NCBI GenBank assembly: GCA_016203445.1
Contig: JACQMS010000019.1
Coordinates: forward strand, 7,473 to 71,472
DNA: 64,000 nucleotides
Direction: 5' to 3'
Source: Candidatus Woesearchaeota archaeon
Lineage (GTDB): Archaea > Nanobdellota > Nanobdellia > Woesearchaeales > ARS49
The notes under the pieces are model-generated. The model was not told the origin of the DNA and did not search any database. It worked only from the letters and a program-made list of their open reading frames with translations. The stretch's first letter is position 1. Each line of letters begins with the position of its first letter. The position numbers were made by a program, and so were the translations under genes. Of this stretch, positions 8,166 through 16,030 are shown one piece after another.

Positions 8166-8275
8166 TTCCGCTTTTTCCGGAAGATTTCCGGTTTTCTTTT
8201 AAGCCTCTCGTGATTCTTCCGGTTTTTTCGTTTGTTTTTCTGTTTTTTTACCCTTATTTTTCCGGTTTTTTCATC
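8166..8275. promoter_or_regulatory. Cluster of at least 5 TTTCCGG(A/T) motifs including the palindrome CCGGAAGATTTCCGG, in the folA / DUF1016 divergent intergenic region
   Basis: 'ttttccgctttttccggaagatttccggttttc…ttcttccggttttttcg…tttttccggttttttc'. Confidence 0.35.
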
Positions 8276-8313
8276 GATAGTTTTATCTTTTTTCGTTTTC
8301 ATATATTATTCTT

Positions 8314-9330
8314 GTGATGTACATGTTAGAGAAAAAGAGGAATAGTCCTTTGAACAATCAATTTGTTGAAGTACTATTATTGATACAAAAATCAAGAAAT
8401 AGCGCTTTGAAGACCGTAAATACTGAATTGATTGGTCTTTATTGGAAGATTGGTGAATATATTAGTAGTAAAATCAAAACTGCAGAATGGGGTGAAGGTA
8501 CAGTAGATAAACTTGCAGAATATATTCAAAGAAAGTACCCGGAACTAAAGGGGTATTCAAATAAAAATCTTTGGAGGATGAAACAATTTTATGAAATCTA
8601 TAACAAGGATATAAAACTCTCACCACTGGTGAGACAATTAAGCTGGACACACAATCTGTTTATACTATCAAAAACAAAATCTAAACAAGAAAGAGAATTT
8701 TACTTGCGTTTGAGCATACAAGAACAATATTCTAAAAGGGAACTTGAAAGACAAATAAATTCAGGATATTTTGAGAGAACTGTTCTTTCTCGAGAGAAAC
8801 TTTCGGCATTGCCGGGGCAATTGAAATATGGAATTTCAAAAGTGTTCAGAGACACATATATATTGGACTTTCTTAATCTGCCAAAGAGTCATTCTGAAAC
8901 TGATTTAAGAAACGCATTAGTGAATAGTTTCAAATCTTTTGTTCTTGAGTTCGGAAGAGATTTTGCTTTTGTTGGTGAAGAATACAAAATATCCGTTGGG
9001 AAGAATGATTATTTTATAGATTTACTTTTTTATCACAGAGAACTTCAATGTCTTGTCGCTTTTGAGTTAAAAATAAATGATTTCAAGCCAGAATACATTG
9101 GACAAATAAATTTTTATCTTGAAGCTTTAGATAGAACTGTGAAGAAAAAGCACGAAAATCCGTCCGTTGGTGTTATACTGTGCAAGAGCAAAGACACTGA
9201 AGTGGTAGAATATGCATTGAGCAGAAATGCTTCACCAACTCTCATATCTGAATACAAGACAAAACTTATACCGAAGAGGGTGCTTCGAGAAAAACTACGC
9301 GAATTGTTTTTTCGAGAAGAGGAAAAATGA
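8314..9330 (+). CDS. DUF1016 / YhcG-like PD-(D/E)XK nuclease family protein
   Basis: N-terminal 'VEVLLLIQKSRNSALKTVNTELIGLYWKIGEYI' resembles the YhcG N-terminal domain. The C-terminal 'IDLLFYHRELQCLVAFELK' is a restriction-endonuclease-like core. Confidence 0.55.
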   Translation: MMYMLEKKRNSPLNNQFVEVLLLIQKSRNSALKTVNTELIGLYWKIGEYISSKIKTAEWGEGTVDKLAEYIQRKYPELKGYSNKNLWRMKQFYEIYNKDIKLSPLVRQLSWTHNLFILSKTKSKQEREFYLRLSIQEQYSKRELERQINSGYFERTVLSREKLSALPGQLKYGISKVFRDTYILDFLNLPKSHSETDLRNALVNSFKSFVLEFGRDFAFVGEEYKISVGKNDYFIDLLFYHRELQCLVAFELKINDFKPEYIGQINFYLEALDRTVKKKHENPSVGVILCKSKDTEVVEYALSRNASPTLISEYKTKLIPKRVLREKLRELFFREEEK

Positions 9331-10481
9331 TTATTATCTCTTTTCTCCTCGCTGTCGTGTGTGGCGTCGTCGTTGGTTCTTTTACCGGCGTTACTCCTGG
9401 GCTACATATGAATCTTGTTGCGTCCCTGATTGTTTCTTTGCATTTTCCAGGAAATATTTTTGTTCTCCTTTTTCTTGTTTCTTTGTCTGTAACTCATACT
9501 TTTCTTGACGCAATTCCTGCCGTTTTTTTAGGGTTTCCTAGTAGCGATACTATTGCTTCTTTTCTTCCAGCCCATCGTTTTTTGTTGAATGGCAGGGGTT
9601 TTGATGCTGTTGCGCTTCTTACTTTTGGCTCTTTTCTCGGCCTTTTGTTCTCTCTTATTTTTTCTCCTGTCGTTTTTTTTGTCACTCCTTTTCTTTTTTC
9701 TTTTCTGCGCCCTTACACTTTTTGGATTGTTTTTTTCATTTTGTTTTTTCTTGTTCTTCGTGACTATTTTCCTTTGCGTGCTTTCATAGTTGTCTTACTT
9801 TCTGGAGTTCTTGGATTTTACGTTTTGCGTTTTTCTAACGTTTCTGAGCCTTTGCTTCCTTTGCTTTCTGGATTGTTTGGCGTTTCTTCTATTATTTCTG
9901 GTCTTGGCGTTTCAAAAATTCCTTTGCAGTTTTCTACCCGCTTGAATTTTTCTTTTTTTTCTTCTTTGAAAGGTTGTATTCTTGGTTTTTTTTCTGGTTT
10001 TCTTCCAGGAGTTGGTTCTGCACAAATGGCTTTTTTTTCTCGTTCCAAGTCTGATGACGATTATCTTCTTTCTGTTGGGGCGTTGAATACTTCTTCTCTT
10101 ATTTTTACTATTATTTTTGCTTCTGTTCTGAGCCGTTCTCGCAGCGGTACCGGCGAGGCGCTTCTTTCTCTGGCAAGTATTGATTCTTTTGTCCTTTTGG
10201 CTTTGCTTCTTGCAGTTCTTATTTCTGGTTGTGCGGCATTTTTTTCTTCTTTGTTGACTGCAAAGTTTTTTTCTTTGTACATTTCAAGCGTTCCTTTTAG
10301 AATTATTTCTTTTGTAGTTCTTTTTCTTATATTCTCTGCTGTTTTTTTAGTCAGCGGTATCCCTGGAATTTCTGTTCTTCTTCTTAGTTCTGGCGTCGGA
10401 ATTTTTTCAATTATTCTTGGATGTTCCAGGTCTCACGCGATGGCGTGTATTATTGTTCCTGTCCTTTTTTTGTTGTGGTGA
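9327..10481 (+). CDS. Polytopic membrane protein, TctA/DUF112-like
   Basis: Two copies of the G-x-x-PG-[LV]-[GH] motif ('VGSFTGVTPGLH', 'GFFSGFLPGVGSAQ') as in TctA-family permeases. Extremely Phe/Leu-rich with at least 10 TM helices. Confidence 0.45.
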   Translation: MIIISFLLAVVCGVVVGSFTGVTPGLHMNLVASLIVSLHFPGNIFVLLFLVSLSVTHTFLDAIPAVFLGFPSSDTIASFLPAHRFLLNGRGFDAVALLTFGSFLGLLFSLIFSPVVFFVTPFLFSFLRPYTFWIVFFILFFLVLRDYFPLRAFIVVLLSGVLGFYVLRFSNVSEPLLPLLSGLFGVSSIISGLGVSKIPLQFSTRLNFSFFSSLKGCILGFFSGFLPGVGSAQMAFFSRSKSDDDYLLSVGALNTSSLIFTIIFASVLSRSRSGTGEALLSLASIDSFVLLALLLAVLISGCAAFFSSLLTAKFFSLYISSVPFRIISFVVLFLIFSAVFLVSGIPGISVLLLSSGVGIFSIILGCSRSHAMACIIVPVLFLLW

Positions 10482-10533
10482 GTAGCGTCTTTCTTAAGAA
10501 AGTTTTTTATACTTGCGCATTGCATGGTGATGT

Positions 10534-11025
10534 ATGAACATCGCTTTTCGTGAGAATGCAGTCAACGTAGTGTTTGGCGTTCTTCAAACGTTATCAACTC
10601 AGCTTCAGTCAACGTCTCGTGGGAAAAGAGATTCTCTTCTTCCGATGATTGGTCTTGTTCGCAGTGCGCGATCACAATTGAATGCTCATTTGAAGAATAT
10701 AATATCTGAGTACAAGTATGAATCTCCGAATGCTTCAACGACGAGAAAACTTTCAAATGCAGCAGTTGCAAAAAAGGTTATTGGAAAGGATGATGCGGAG
10801 TTTCTTGTGAATTTGACGACGGAGCTTGTGAAATCTTTTGATAGTTTTGTTTCTTCTTTTGAAAGAACAGGGTATTCTCTTCCCGCGTTCATCACTGAAT
10901 GTTCCAAGAAATTGTACGAGCCTTTTATTCGAAAACTTCAAAAATATCCTGAATGGCAAACAAAGAGGGTTACTCTTGCAGGATTTGTTGCATTTGCTGA
11001 AGAGTATGTAATTAAAGCTAGTTAG
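10534..11025 (+). CDS. Hypothetical protein (163 aa)
   Basis: ORF only. Its stop overlaps the convergent 11022-11909 gene by 4 nt. Confidence 0.35.
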   Translation: MNIAFRENAVNVVFGVLQTLSTQLQSTSRGKRDSLLPMIGLVRSARSQLNAHLKNIISEYKYESPNASTTRKLSNAAVAKKVIGKDDAEFLVNLTTELVKSFDSFVSSFERTGYSLPAFITECSKKLYEPFIRKLQKYPEWQTKRVTLAGFVAFAEEYVIKAS

Positions 11026-11909
11026 GTTATCGTAAAGGTTTTGAGCAAGTCTTTGAATTCCTCGCATTCTACATCTCCAGTAATATACGCAAAAGAAAGT
11101 GTTGAAACTGGAATCCAGAGTGTTTGTTCCTCGTCAAGAGCTGTTTCAAAATGCTGAAATGGTTCTACACCCCAAAGAAGTATATCTGTTCCCGTCTCTT
11201 TTGTTTTGAAAAAATATTCTCTGATATTTTTTCGTATTTGTTCTATTCTTTTTTCTTCGAATGCTGGATGATCGAATGTGCCGTGTGTCATGAAGTGTTG
11301 AATCATTTCATACAACTCTTCACCGTTGGGAGATCTTTGTGGCTCGAATGGGTTTATGGTGTCAAGGACAGAAAATTGTTCTCGTATTCTTTCTCGAATG
11401 CTACAGAATTCTTTTGTGTCAAAGCATCCGTTGTGTCTTCGCATGTATGCTATGAGACATGAATCAATAGTTTGCACAAGTCGTAAATATGGATTGTTTC
11501 CTTCAATAATACGAAGTGTTCTTAAGAGTGTTCCGCATGCATTTCCGAAAGATTCTTTTTGTATTGGCATATCTTTGTATCTGATAGCACTTTCTGGAAC
11601 GTACTGTATTGTTCCGAGGGAAACTTCGAGTGATGTCGTAGAAATAATTGGTGTCACCCCTTTTGTACTATTATACCATTCTATTCTTCCTGTTTCACTG
11701 CTTCCATGCCATAAATTTGCTCGTATTCTTCTTCCTACCTCTCCAGAACTCATCCTATCAAGAGCTTTCGCCGCTTCAGATATGTTTCCCTCTCCTGCTT
11801 CGTTTCCAAAACCCATGGAATACACCCATTCGAGAGTATCGCTCCCGCCCCCATTCATGAAATCCCCGTTTGGGGGTGAAGCTCTTAGAGTTCTTAAACC
11901 TTCCGACAC
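11022..11909 (-). CDS. Hypothetical protein (295 aa)
   Basis: Long ORF with no recognisable motif. Confidence 0.4.
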   Translation of the reverse strand: MSEGLRTLRASPPNGDFMNGGGSDTLEWVYSMGFGNEAGEGNISEAAKALDRMSSGEVGRRIRANLWHGSSETGRIEWYNSTKGVTPIISTTSLEVSLGTIQYVPESAIRYKDMPIQKESFGNACGTLLRTLRIIEGNNPYLRLVQTIDSCLIAYMRRHNGCFDTKEFCSIRERIREQFSVLDTINPFEPQRSPNGEELYEMIQHFMTHGTFDHPAFEEKRIEQIRKNIREYFFKTKETGTDILLWGVEPFQHFETALDEEQTLWIPVSTLSFAYITGDVECEEFKDLLKTFTIT

Positions 11910-11929
11910 AAATTTGAAGAAATTGCATT

Positions 11930-12331
11930 TTAATTCGACAGTTTTGCTCTCAGCCCGCTTATTTTTCTCGCAATGTTTTTCGTTTTTTCTCTGTGCTTTC
12001 CTGTTCCTTTTATAGTGTTTAATTGTTCTTTCAATTGTTCTAATCTTTTTTTCAAATATGCTTTCTGTTGCTCTTTGGTTAGTGTTTGCTGGTCGACTCT
12101 TTCTTGGACTTCTATGGCTCTTGATTTTTGTTCTGGAGCGTGCTGTAAGTATTGTTGTAATCTTATTTCTAAATTGTGCATTTTTTCCTGTAATACTTTT
12201 GTGAATTGTTCTTGCGTTTGTAGTTTGTGGTGAAGCTCGAACACGTTTTCTTTACCTTCATTTTTCGTGTTTGAATATGCTTGTGATAAGTGGTGCAACA
12301 AAAAAACAGTTTTATCTTTTTCTGTATTCAT
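11930..12331 (-). CDS. Coiled-coil protein (hypothetical)
   Basis: 133 aa with Q/E/K-rich heptad-like sequence. Downstream of srp54 on the same strand. Confidence 0.4.
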   Translation of the reverse strand: MNTEKDKTVFLLHHLSQAYSNTKNEGKENVFELHHKLQTQEQFTKVLQEKMHNLEIRLQQYLQHAPEQKSRAIEVQERVDQQTLTKEQQKAYLKKRLEQLKEQLNTIKGTGKHREKTKNIARKISGLRAKLSN

Positions 12332-12387
12332 CAGGTCCTCTTGATGCTTTCCAATTTAATTCATTTTTTTGTGCATGGATTGCTCAT

Positions 12388-12855
12388 TCACTGTTTTCTC
12401 GGCGGTAGTGGCGGCGGTGTTCTGCTAGGTTGAGGTGTTGGGCTTGGCGCTTGGAATTCTTCTCCAAAGCTTGGCACTGGTCTCGGCATTTGTGGTGGCA
12501 CTTGTTGGGGTGTTGCAGAGAATTGTTGTCTTGGCGCGTTTTGTTGCTTCAAACTTGTTACTATATCTGCTAGTTCTATCATTCCTCTGGCTATTTCCTG
12601 TTGTTGTTCCATTAGAGTGTCTATCTTGGAGCTTATTGGTTTTAACCTCTCTTGGACGCTTAATCCTCCTTCTGATTGCACGTCGTGGAGTGCTTCCTCG
12701 AATATTTTTGTTATTTTGTCGAGTTTTTGTGATACTTCGCTTAGAGATATTTGCAATCTCGCCGCGGGTCCTGCCGGGAACTCTCTTAATTTTTGCAGTT
12801 CTTCCTTCAACTCTTGAATCTCTTTGTGCGGAACCAGGTCGTATTCATCATCCAT
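12388..12855 (-). CDS. Hypothetical protein with a coiled-coil N-terminus and a Pro/Gln-rich C-terminus
   Basis: 155 aa. Immediately downstream of srp54, so probably co-transcribed. Confidence 0.4.
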   Translation of the reverse strand: MDDEYDLVPHKEIQELKEELQKLREFPAGPAARLQISLSEVSQKLDKITKIFEEALHDVQSEGGLSVQERLKPISSKIDTLMEQQQEIARGMIELADIVTSLKQQNAPRQQFSATPQQVPPQMPRPVPSFGEEFQAPSPTPQPSRTPPPLPPRKQ

Positions 12856-12895
12856 TCAATCATCCTCTTTTTAGTATCTTTTACACATTCTGCAT

Positions 12896-14236
12896 TCACG
12901 TTTTAAAAACCTTTCGCTGAAGCTTCTTCATCATCCCCTCCATGTTCGATCCTCCTTTGAGCATTTTCATCATTTTTTTACCCTGCCTGTGCTGTTTTAT
13001 TAGCTCTCTTATTGTTCCTTCACTTATTCCTGAGCCCTTTGTTATCCTTTGAACTCTTTCTCCATCTATTATTTCTGGCTCTTCTAACTCTTTTTTCGTC
13101 ATGCTATTCATTGCATGCTTCCACTCTTCCAACTTTTCTTGTTGCACGTTTAATACTTCTTTTGGTATTTGCAATTGTCCGAACCCAGGAATCATTTCTA
13201 CTATTTTTGTTAAAGGCCCCATTTTTTTCATAGCGTTCATCTGGTTGTAAAGATCTATCAGAGTGAATTCTCCTTTTAGCAGTCTTTTTTGTATGTCCTC
13301 TGCTTCTTCTTGAGTTACTGCTTGTTGTGCTTTTTCCAGCAATGCTTCTAAATCTCCCATTCCTAATAGTCTTCCCACGAACCCTTGAGGGTTGTAAGTT
13401 TCTAAATCGTCTATTTTTTCTCCTATTCCTATGAATAATACTTTTGCTCCCGTGCTCGCGCATGCTGTCAGTGCTCCTCCTCCTTTGGCTGTTCCGTCGA
13501 GCTTTGTTACTATAACTCCTGATAATTCGCATGCTTCGTGAAATGCTTGGGCTTGCTTTTGTGCTGTTTGCCCTATGTCCGCGCTTATAACCAGTATTGT
13601 GTAGTCTGGCTTTAAGTGTTCTTTAACATTTTTTAATTCTTTTATCAGCTCATCACTTAATGCATCCCTGCCCGCAGTGTCGACTATTACTATATCTTTT
13701 TCTGTCGCTGAATCTTTGAATTGTTTTATTAGTGCTACCGGGCTTTTTTGCGTGTTGTCCACGAAAGCGGTAACTCCTGCCTGCTCTGCCACCGTTTCTA
13801 ACTGCTTCATTGCTGCAGGCCTGTGAACGTCTAGACCTATTACTGCTATGCTCTTCCCTCTTTTCTTGAAATATTTTGCCAGTTTTCCTATAGTTGTAGT
13901 CTTTCCTGAACCGTACAGTCCTACAAGCATGATAATTGTCGGCTTTTTTTCTATTTTCAGTTCTGTTTTTTCTCCTCCTAATATTTTTGTTAATTCTTCG
14001 TAAACTATTGTTATTATTTGTTCTTTTTGAGTTAGTGTTCCTGCAGGTTTTTCTTTTTTTGCTCTTTCCTTTATTTTTTGTGTAAGCTCATATACTAATT
14101 TTACGTTTACGTCAGCTTGCAACAGAGCTCTTTGCAAGTCTTTCACTAACTCGTTTAGTAGCGTGTCATCCACGAATATTGCGTTGGCTATCTTTTTCAG
14201 TGTTTCCTTCAGTGATTCTCCTAGTTTTTCGAGCAT
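12896..14236 (-). CDS. srp54: Signal recognition particle protein SRP54
   Basis: N-domain, G-domain P-loop '[15 protein letters not shown]', 'DTAGR', and a Met-rich M-domain 'MMKKMGPL…MMKMLKGG'. Confidence 0.9.
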   Translation of the reverse strand: MLEKLGESLKETLKKIANAIFVDDTLLNELVKDLQRALLQADVNVKLVYELTQKIKERAKKEKPAGTLTQKEQIITIVYEELTKILGGEKTELKIEKKPTIIMLVGLYGSGKTTTIGKLAKYFKKRGKSIAVIGLDVHRPAAMKQLETVAEQAGVTAFVDNTQKSPVALIKQFKDSATEKDIVIVDTAGRDALSDELIKELKNVKEHLKPDYTILVISADIGQTAQKQAQAFHEACELSGVIVTKLDGTAKGGGALTACASTGAKVLFIGIGEKIDDLETYNPQGFVGRLLGMGDLEALLEKAQQAVTQEEAEDIQKRLLKGEFTLIDLYNQMNAMKKMGPLTKIVEMIPGFGQLQIPKEVLNVQQEKLEEWKHAMNSMTKKELEEPEIIDGERVQRITKGSGISEGTIRELIKQHRQGKKMMKMLKGGSNMEGMMKKLQRKVFKT

Positions 14237-14354
14237 GTTGCAGTCATAGAAGCAGTATTTTTAAATGGTATGGTTGTTGAATTATATTCTAATGATTCGA
14301 GGCACGGCACCTCAAACCGAAAGTTTTATATAATATTAAGTTATATTTAATGTA

Positions 14355-14561
14355 ATGGAGAGTATAACTGTATTGCGGAAGGTTGGCGGATCTTTGGTTA
14401 CTACTATTCCTAGAAAAATTGTTGATCTTGAGCAACTATCATCAGGACAGGCAGTGCGTATTGTTGTTGAGCCTGTTAGGAAGAGTTTTTTTGGGGCTGT
14501 GAAGGGTATAGGTTCTTTTACCAAAAATGACGAAAGATGGGCAGAGGGAAGGGATGAATAA
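14355..14561 (+). CDS. vapB: VapB-type antitoxin (AbrB/SpoVT fold)
   Basis: 'VLRKVGGSLVTTIPRKIVDLEQL' is a swapped-hairpin motif. Overlaps vapC by 8 nt. Confidence 0.65.
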   Translation: MESITVLRKVGGSLVTTIPRKIVDLEQLSSGQAVRIVVEPVRKSFFGAVKGIGSFTKNDERWAEGRDE

Positions 14562-14940
14562 GTTTGTTTTGGATGCGTATGCATGGATTGAATATTTGAA
14601 TGGTTCTGAACGTGGAAACGCCATCGTTTCTATTGTTGATAATAAAAATAATGAAATTTTTACTTCGGCTGCAACTCTTTCAGAGGTATTAAGTAAATTC
14701 TTAAGGACTGGTAAAAGTGAATTTATAGCTATTAACTCAATTCATTCTTTATCAAGTGTTGTGCCAGTCAGTTCTGATATTGCTGTAGGAACTGCGCGCA
14801 TTCATCATGATCAAAAGAAGAAAAATAAAAATTTTGGTATGCTTGATTCATTTGTTGTTGCAACTGCTCAAAATGTTGATGCTAAAATTATCACTGGTGA
14901 TGACGATTTTAAGGGTTTAAAAAATGTTATTTTTATATAA
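14554..14940 (+). CDS. vapC: PIN-domain ribonuclease VapC toxin
   Basis: 'MNKFVLDAYAWIEYL…DSFVVATAQNVDAKIITGDDDF' is the PIN acidic quartet pattern. Confidence 0.75.
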   Translation: MNKFVLDAYAWIEYLNGSERGNAIVSIVDNKNNEIFTSAATLSEVLSKFLRTGKSEFIAINSIHSLSSVVPVSSDIAVGTARIHHDQKKKNKNFGMLDSFVVATAQNVDAKIITGDDDFKGLKNVIFI

Positions 14941-14994
14941 TGTCGGACATAATTATAATGTTGGCAATTAATTTTTAATTGCATATTTTTGCAA

Positions 14995-15085
14995 CTGCCA
15001 ACGTATATAGTGAGGTTTTCCTATTAATTAGTGCCCTCACTATAACTCATAAAATTTGTTATGTCCAACGTATAGTAGTGAGCGA
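14995..15085. repeat. Short direct/inverted repeats (CCAACGTATA-TAGTGAG twice, CCTCACTATA inverted) downstream of vapC
   Basis: 'ctgccaacgtatatagtgagg' … 'ccctcactata' … 'tgtccaacgtatagtagtgagcg'. Confidence 0.3.
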
Positions 15086-15133
15086 TTTATTCTATAAATT
15101 ACTTTTGTCGCTTACTAATATAATTTTGTGCTT

Positions 15134-15358
15134 CTACCCTCTTCTCGCTTCCATTTCTCCTTCTAACTGGTCTATCTCTTCTAGTATGTCTTGAGCTCCT
15201 CTGCTCGTGTCTAGTTGCACACTTCCTTTGGTTCCGCAGTAAGGGCACAATTCTGGTTTGAAATAACTGTTGAACTTCCACCCGCACCTGTGGGCCGTGC
15301 ACGCAAACCTCTGTTTTTGCTTCATATTTTTAGGGGTATTATTGAGATATTTAAACAA
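15134..15358 (-). CDS. Small zinc-ribbon protein
   Basis: 'CTAHRCGWKF…CPYCG' (C-x4-C…C-x2-C). The start may be the internal Met (MKQKQRF). Confidence 0.4.
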   Translation of the reverse strand: MFKYLNNTPKNMKQKQRFACTAHRCGWKFNSYFKPELCPYCGTKGSVQLDTSRGAQDILEEIDQLEGEMEARRG

Positions 15359-15381
15359 TTCGGTTTTGCAGTAGTAGTTTT

Positions 15382-15438
15382 AATTATTAGAATCTAATTA
15401 TTAGAATCTGTGATAACCATTAGAAACCATTAGAATCT
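15382..15438. repeat. Tandem repeat (AATTATTAGAATCT twice, then CCATTAGAA-ACCATTAGAATCT)
   Basis: Direct reading of the intergenic sequence between the Zn-ribbon gene and the lipoprotein gene. Confidence 0.4.
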
Positions 15439-15851
15439 GCTATATTTCTTAGTATTCCTTCAACTTCTTCTTGTTCCCTCAATCTTAAAAATCTGTCAAC
15501 CCCTCTGACTTCTACACCGTCAATTCTATATCTCACCATTATTATCATTCCTTTTTCGTCCAGTTCGTATATCGTTGCATCTTGCGCTCTTGCTGAAGGC
15601 CATACTTCTAATCTTCTAATTATTGAATCGTACATTACATATTTTCCTTCATTTATAGCTTTGATCCCTTCATCACTTACTATAAAGAATATTGGTCCTT
15701 CATAATTTCTAGCGTTCATCCATTCTGGTCTTACTTGTTCGTGGCCTATTTCAGCAGTATTTCTAGTAATATCTGCAGGCTTTTCGTATAATTCTGTGCC
15801 TGCACAACCTCCTAAGAGTGCTATTATTGCCGCCCCAAGTGTCTTCCTCAT
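15420..15851 (-). CDS. Putative lipoprotein (lipobox LLGGC)
   Basis: 'MRKTLGAAIIALLGGCAG' is a signal peptide with a lipobox-like Cys. The rest has no recognisable domain. Confidence 0.45.
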   Translation of the reverse strand: MRKTLGAAIIALLGGCAGTELYEKPADITRNTAEIGHEQVRPEWMNARNYEGPIFFIVSDEGIKAINEGKYVMYDSIIRRLEVWPSARAQDATIYELDEKGMIIMVRYRIDGVEVRGVDRFLRLREQEEVEGILRNIADSNGF

Positions 15852-16030
15852 ATTTTTATACTTGTTCTTATTCTTTTTAAGTTTTGCTGTGGTCTAGTTA
15901 TTGTGTTCCGTAAGGACGTATAACTCTACGGAACACAGTCATTATTTTGTAGGAAGGTTTTTAAATGCTGGGACGAATTTCTTTGTAAAAATGCTCCTTT
16001 TCGGGGCTTGGGAAAAAGTGGTGTTTTATA

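Noticed and set aside
8123-8302. 60-aa Lys/Arg-rich N-terminal extension on the folA ORF (MKTKKDKT…)
   Set aside because: The frame stays open only because it reads through the TTTCCGG/poly-A repeat cluster. DHFR homologues start at 'MNIIAAL', and the region looks like a divergent promoter.
5116-9330. Calling the tRNA-Pro-adjacent segment an integrated provirus or integrative element
   Set aside because: There is no integrase/recombinase gene and no identifiable att duplication of the tRNA 3' end in the window. It is kept only as a hypothesis.
9227-9789. Phe/Cys-rich ORFs overlapping the TctA-like gene and the DUF1016 3' end
   Set aside because: These are frame shadows of a T-rich membrane-protein gene, with no independent support.
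15035-15050. T7-promoter-like core 'CTCACTATA'
   Set aside because: This is a single short match without the upstream TAATACGA, and there is no phage RNA polymerase context. It is probably coincidental and part of a local inverted repeat.
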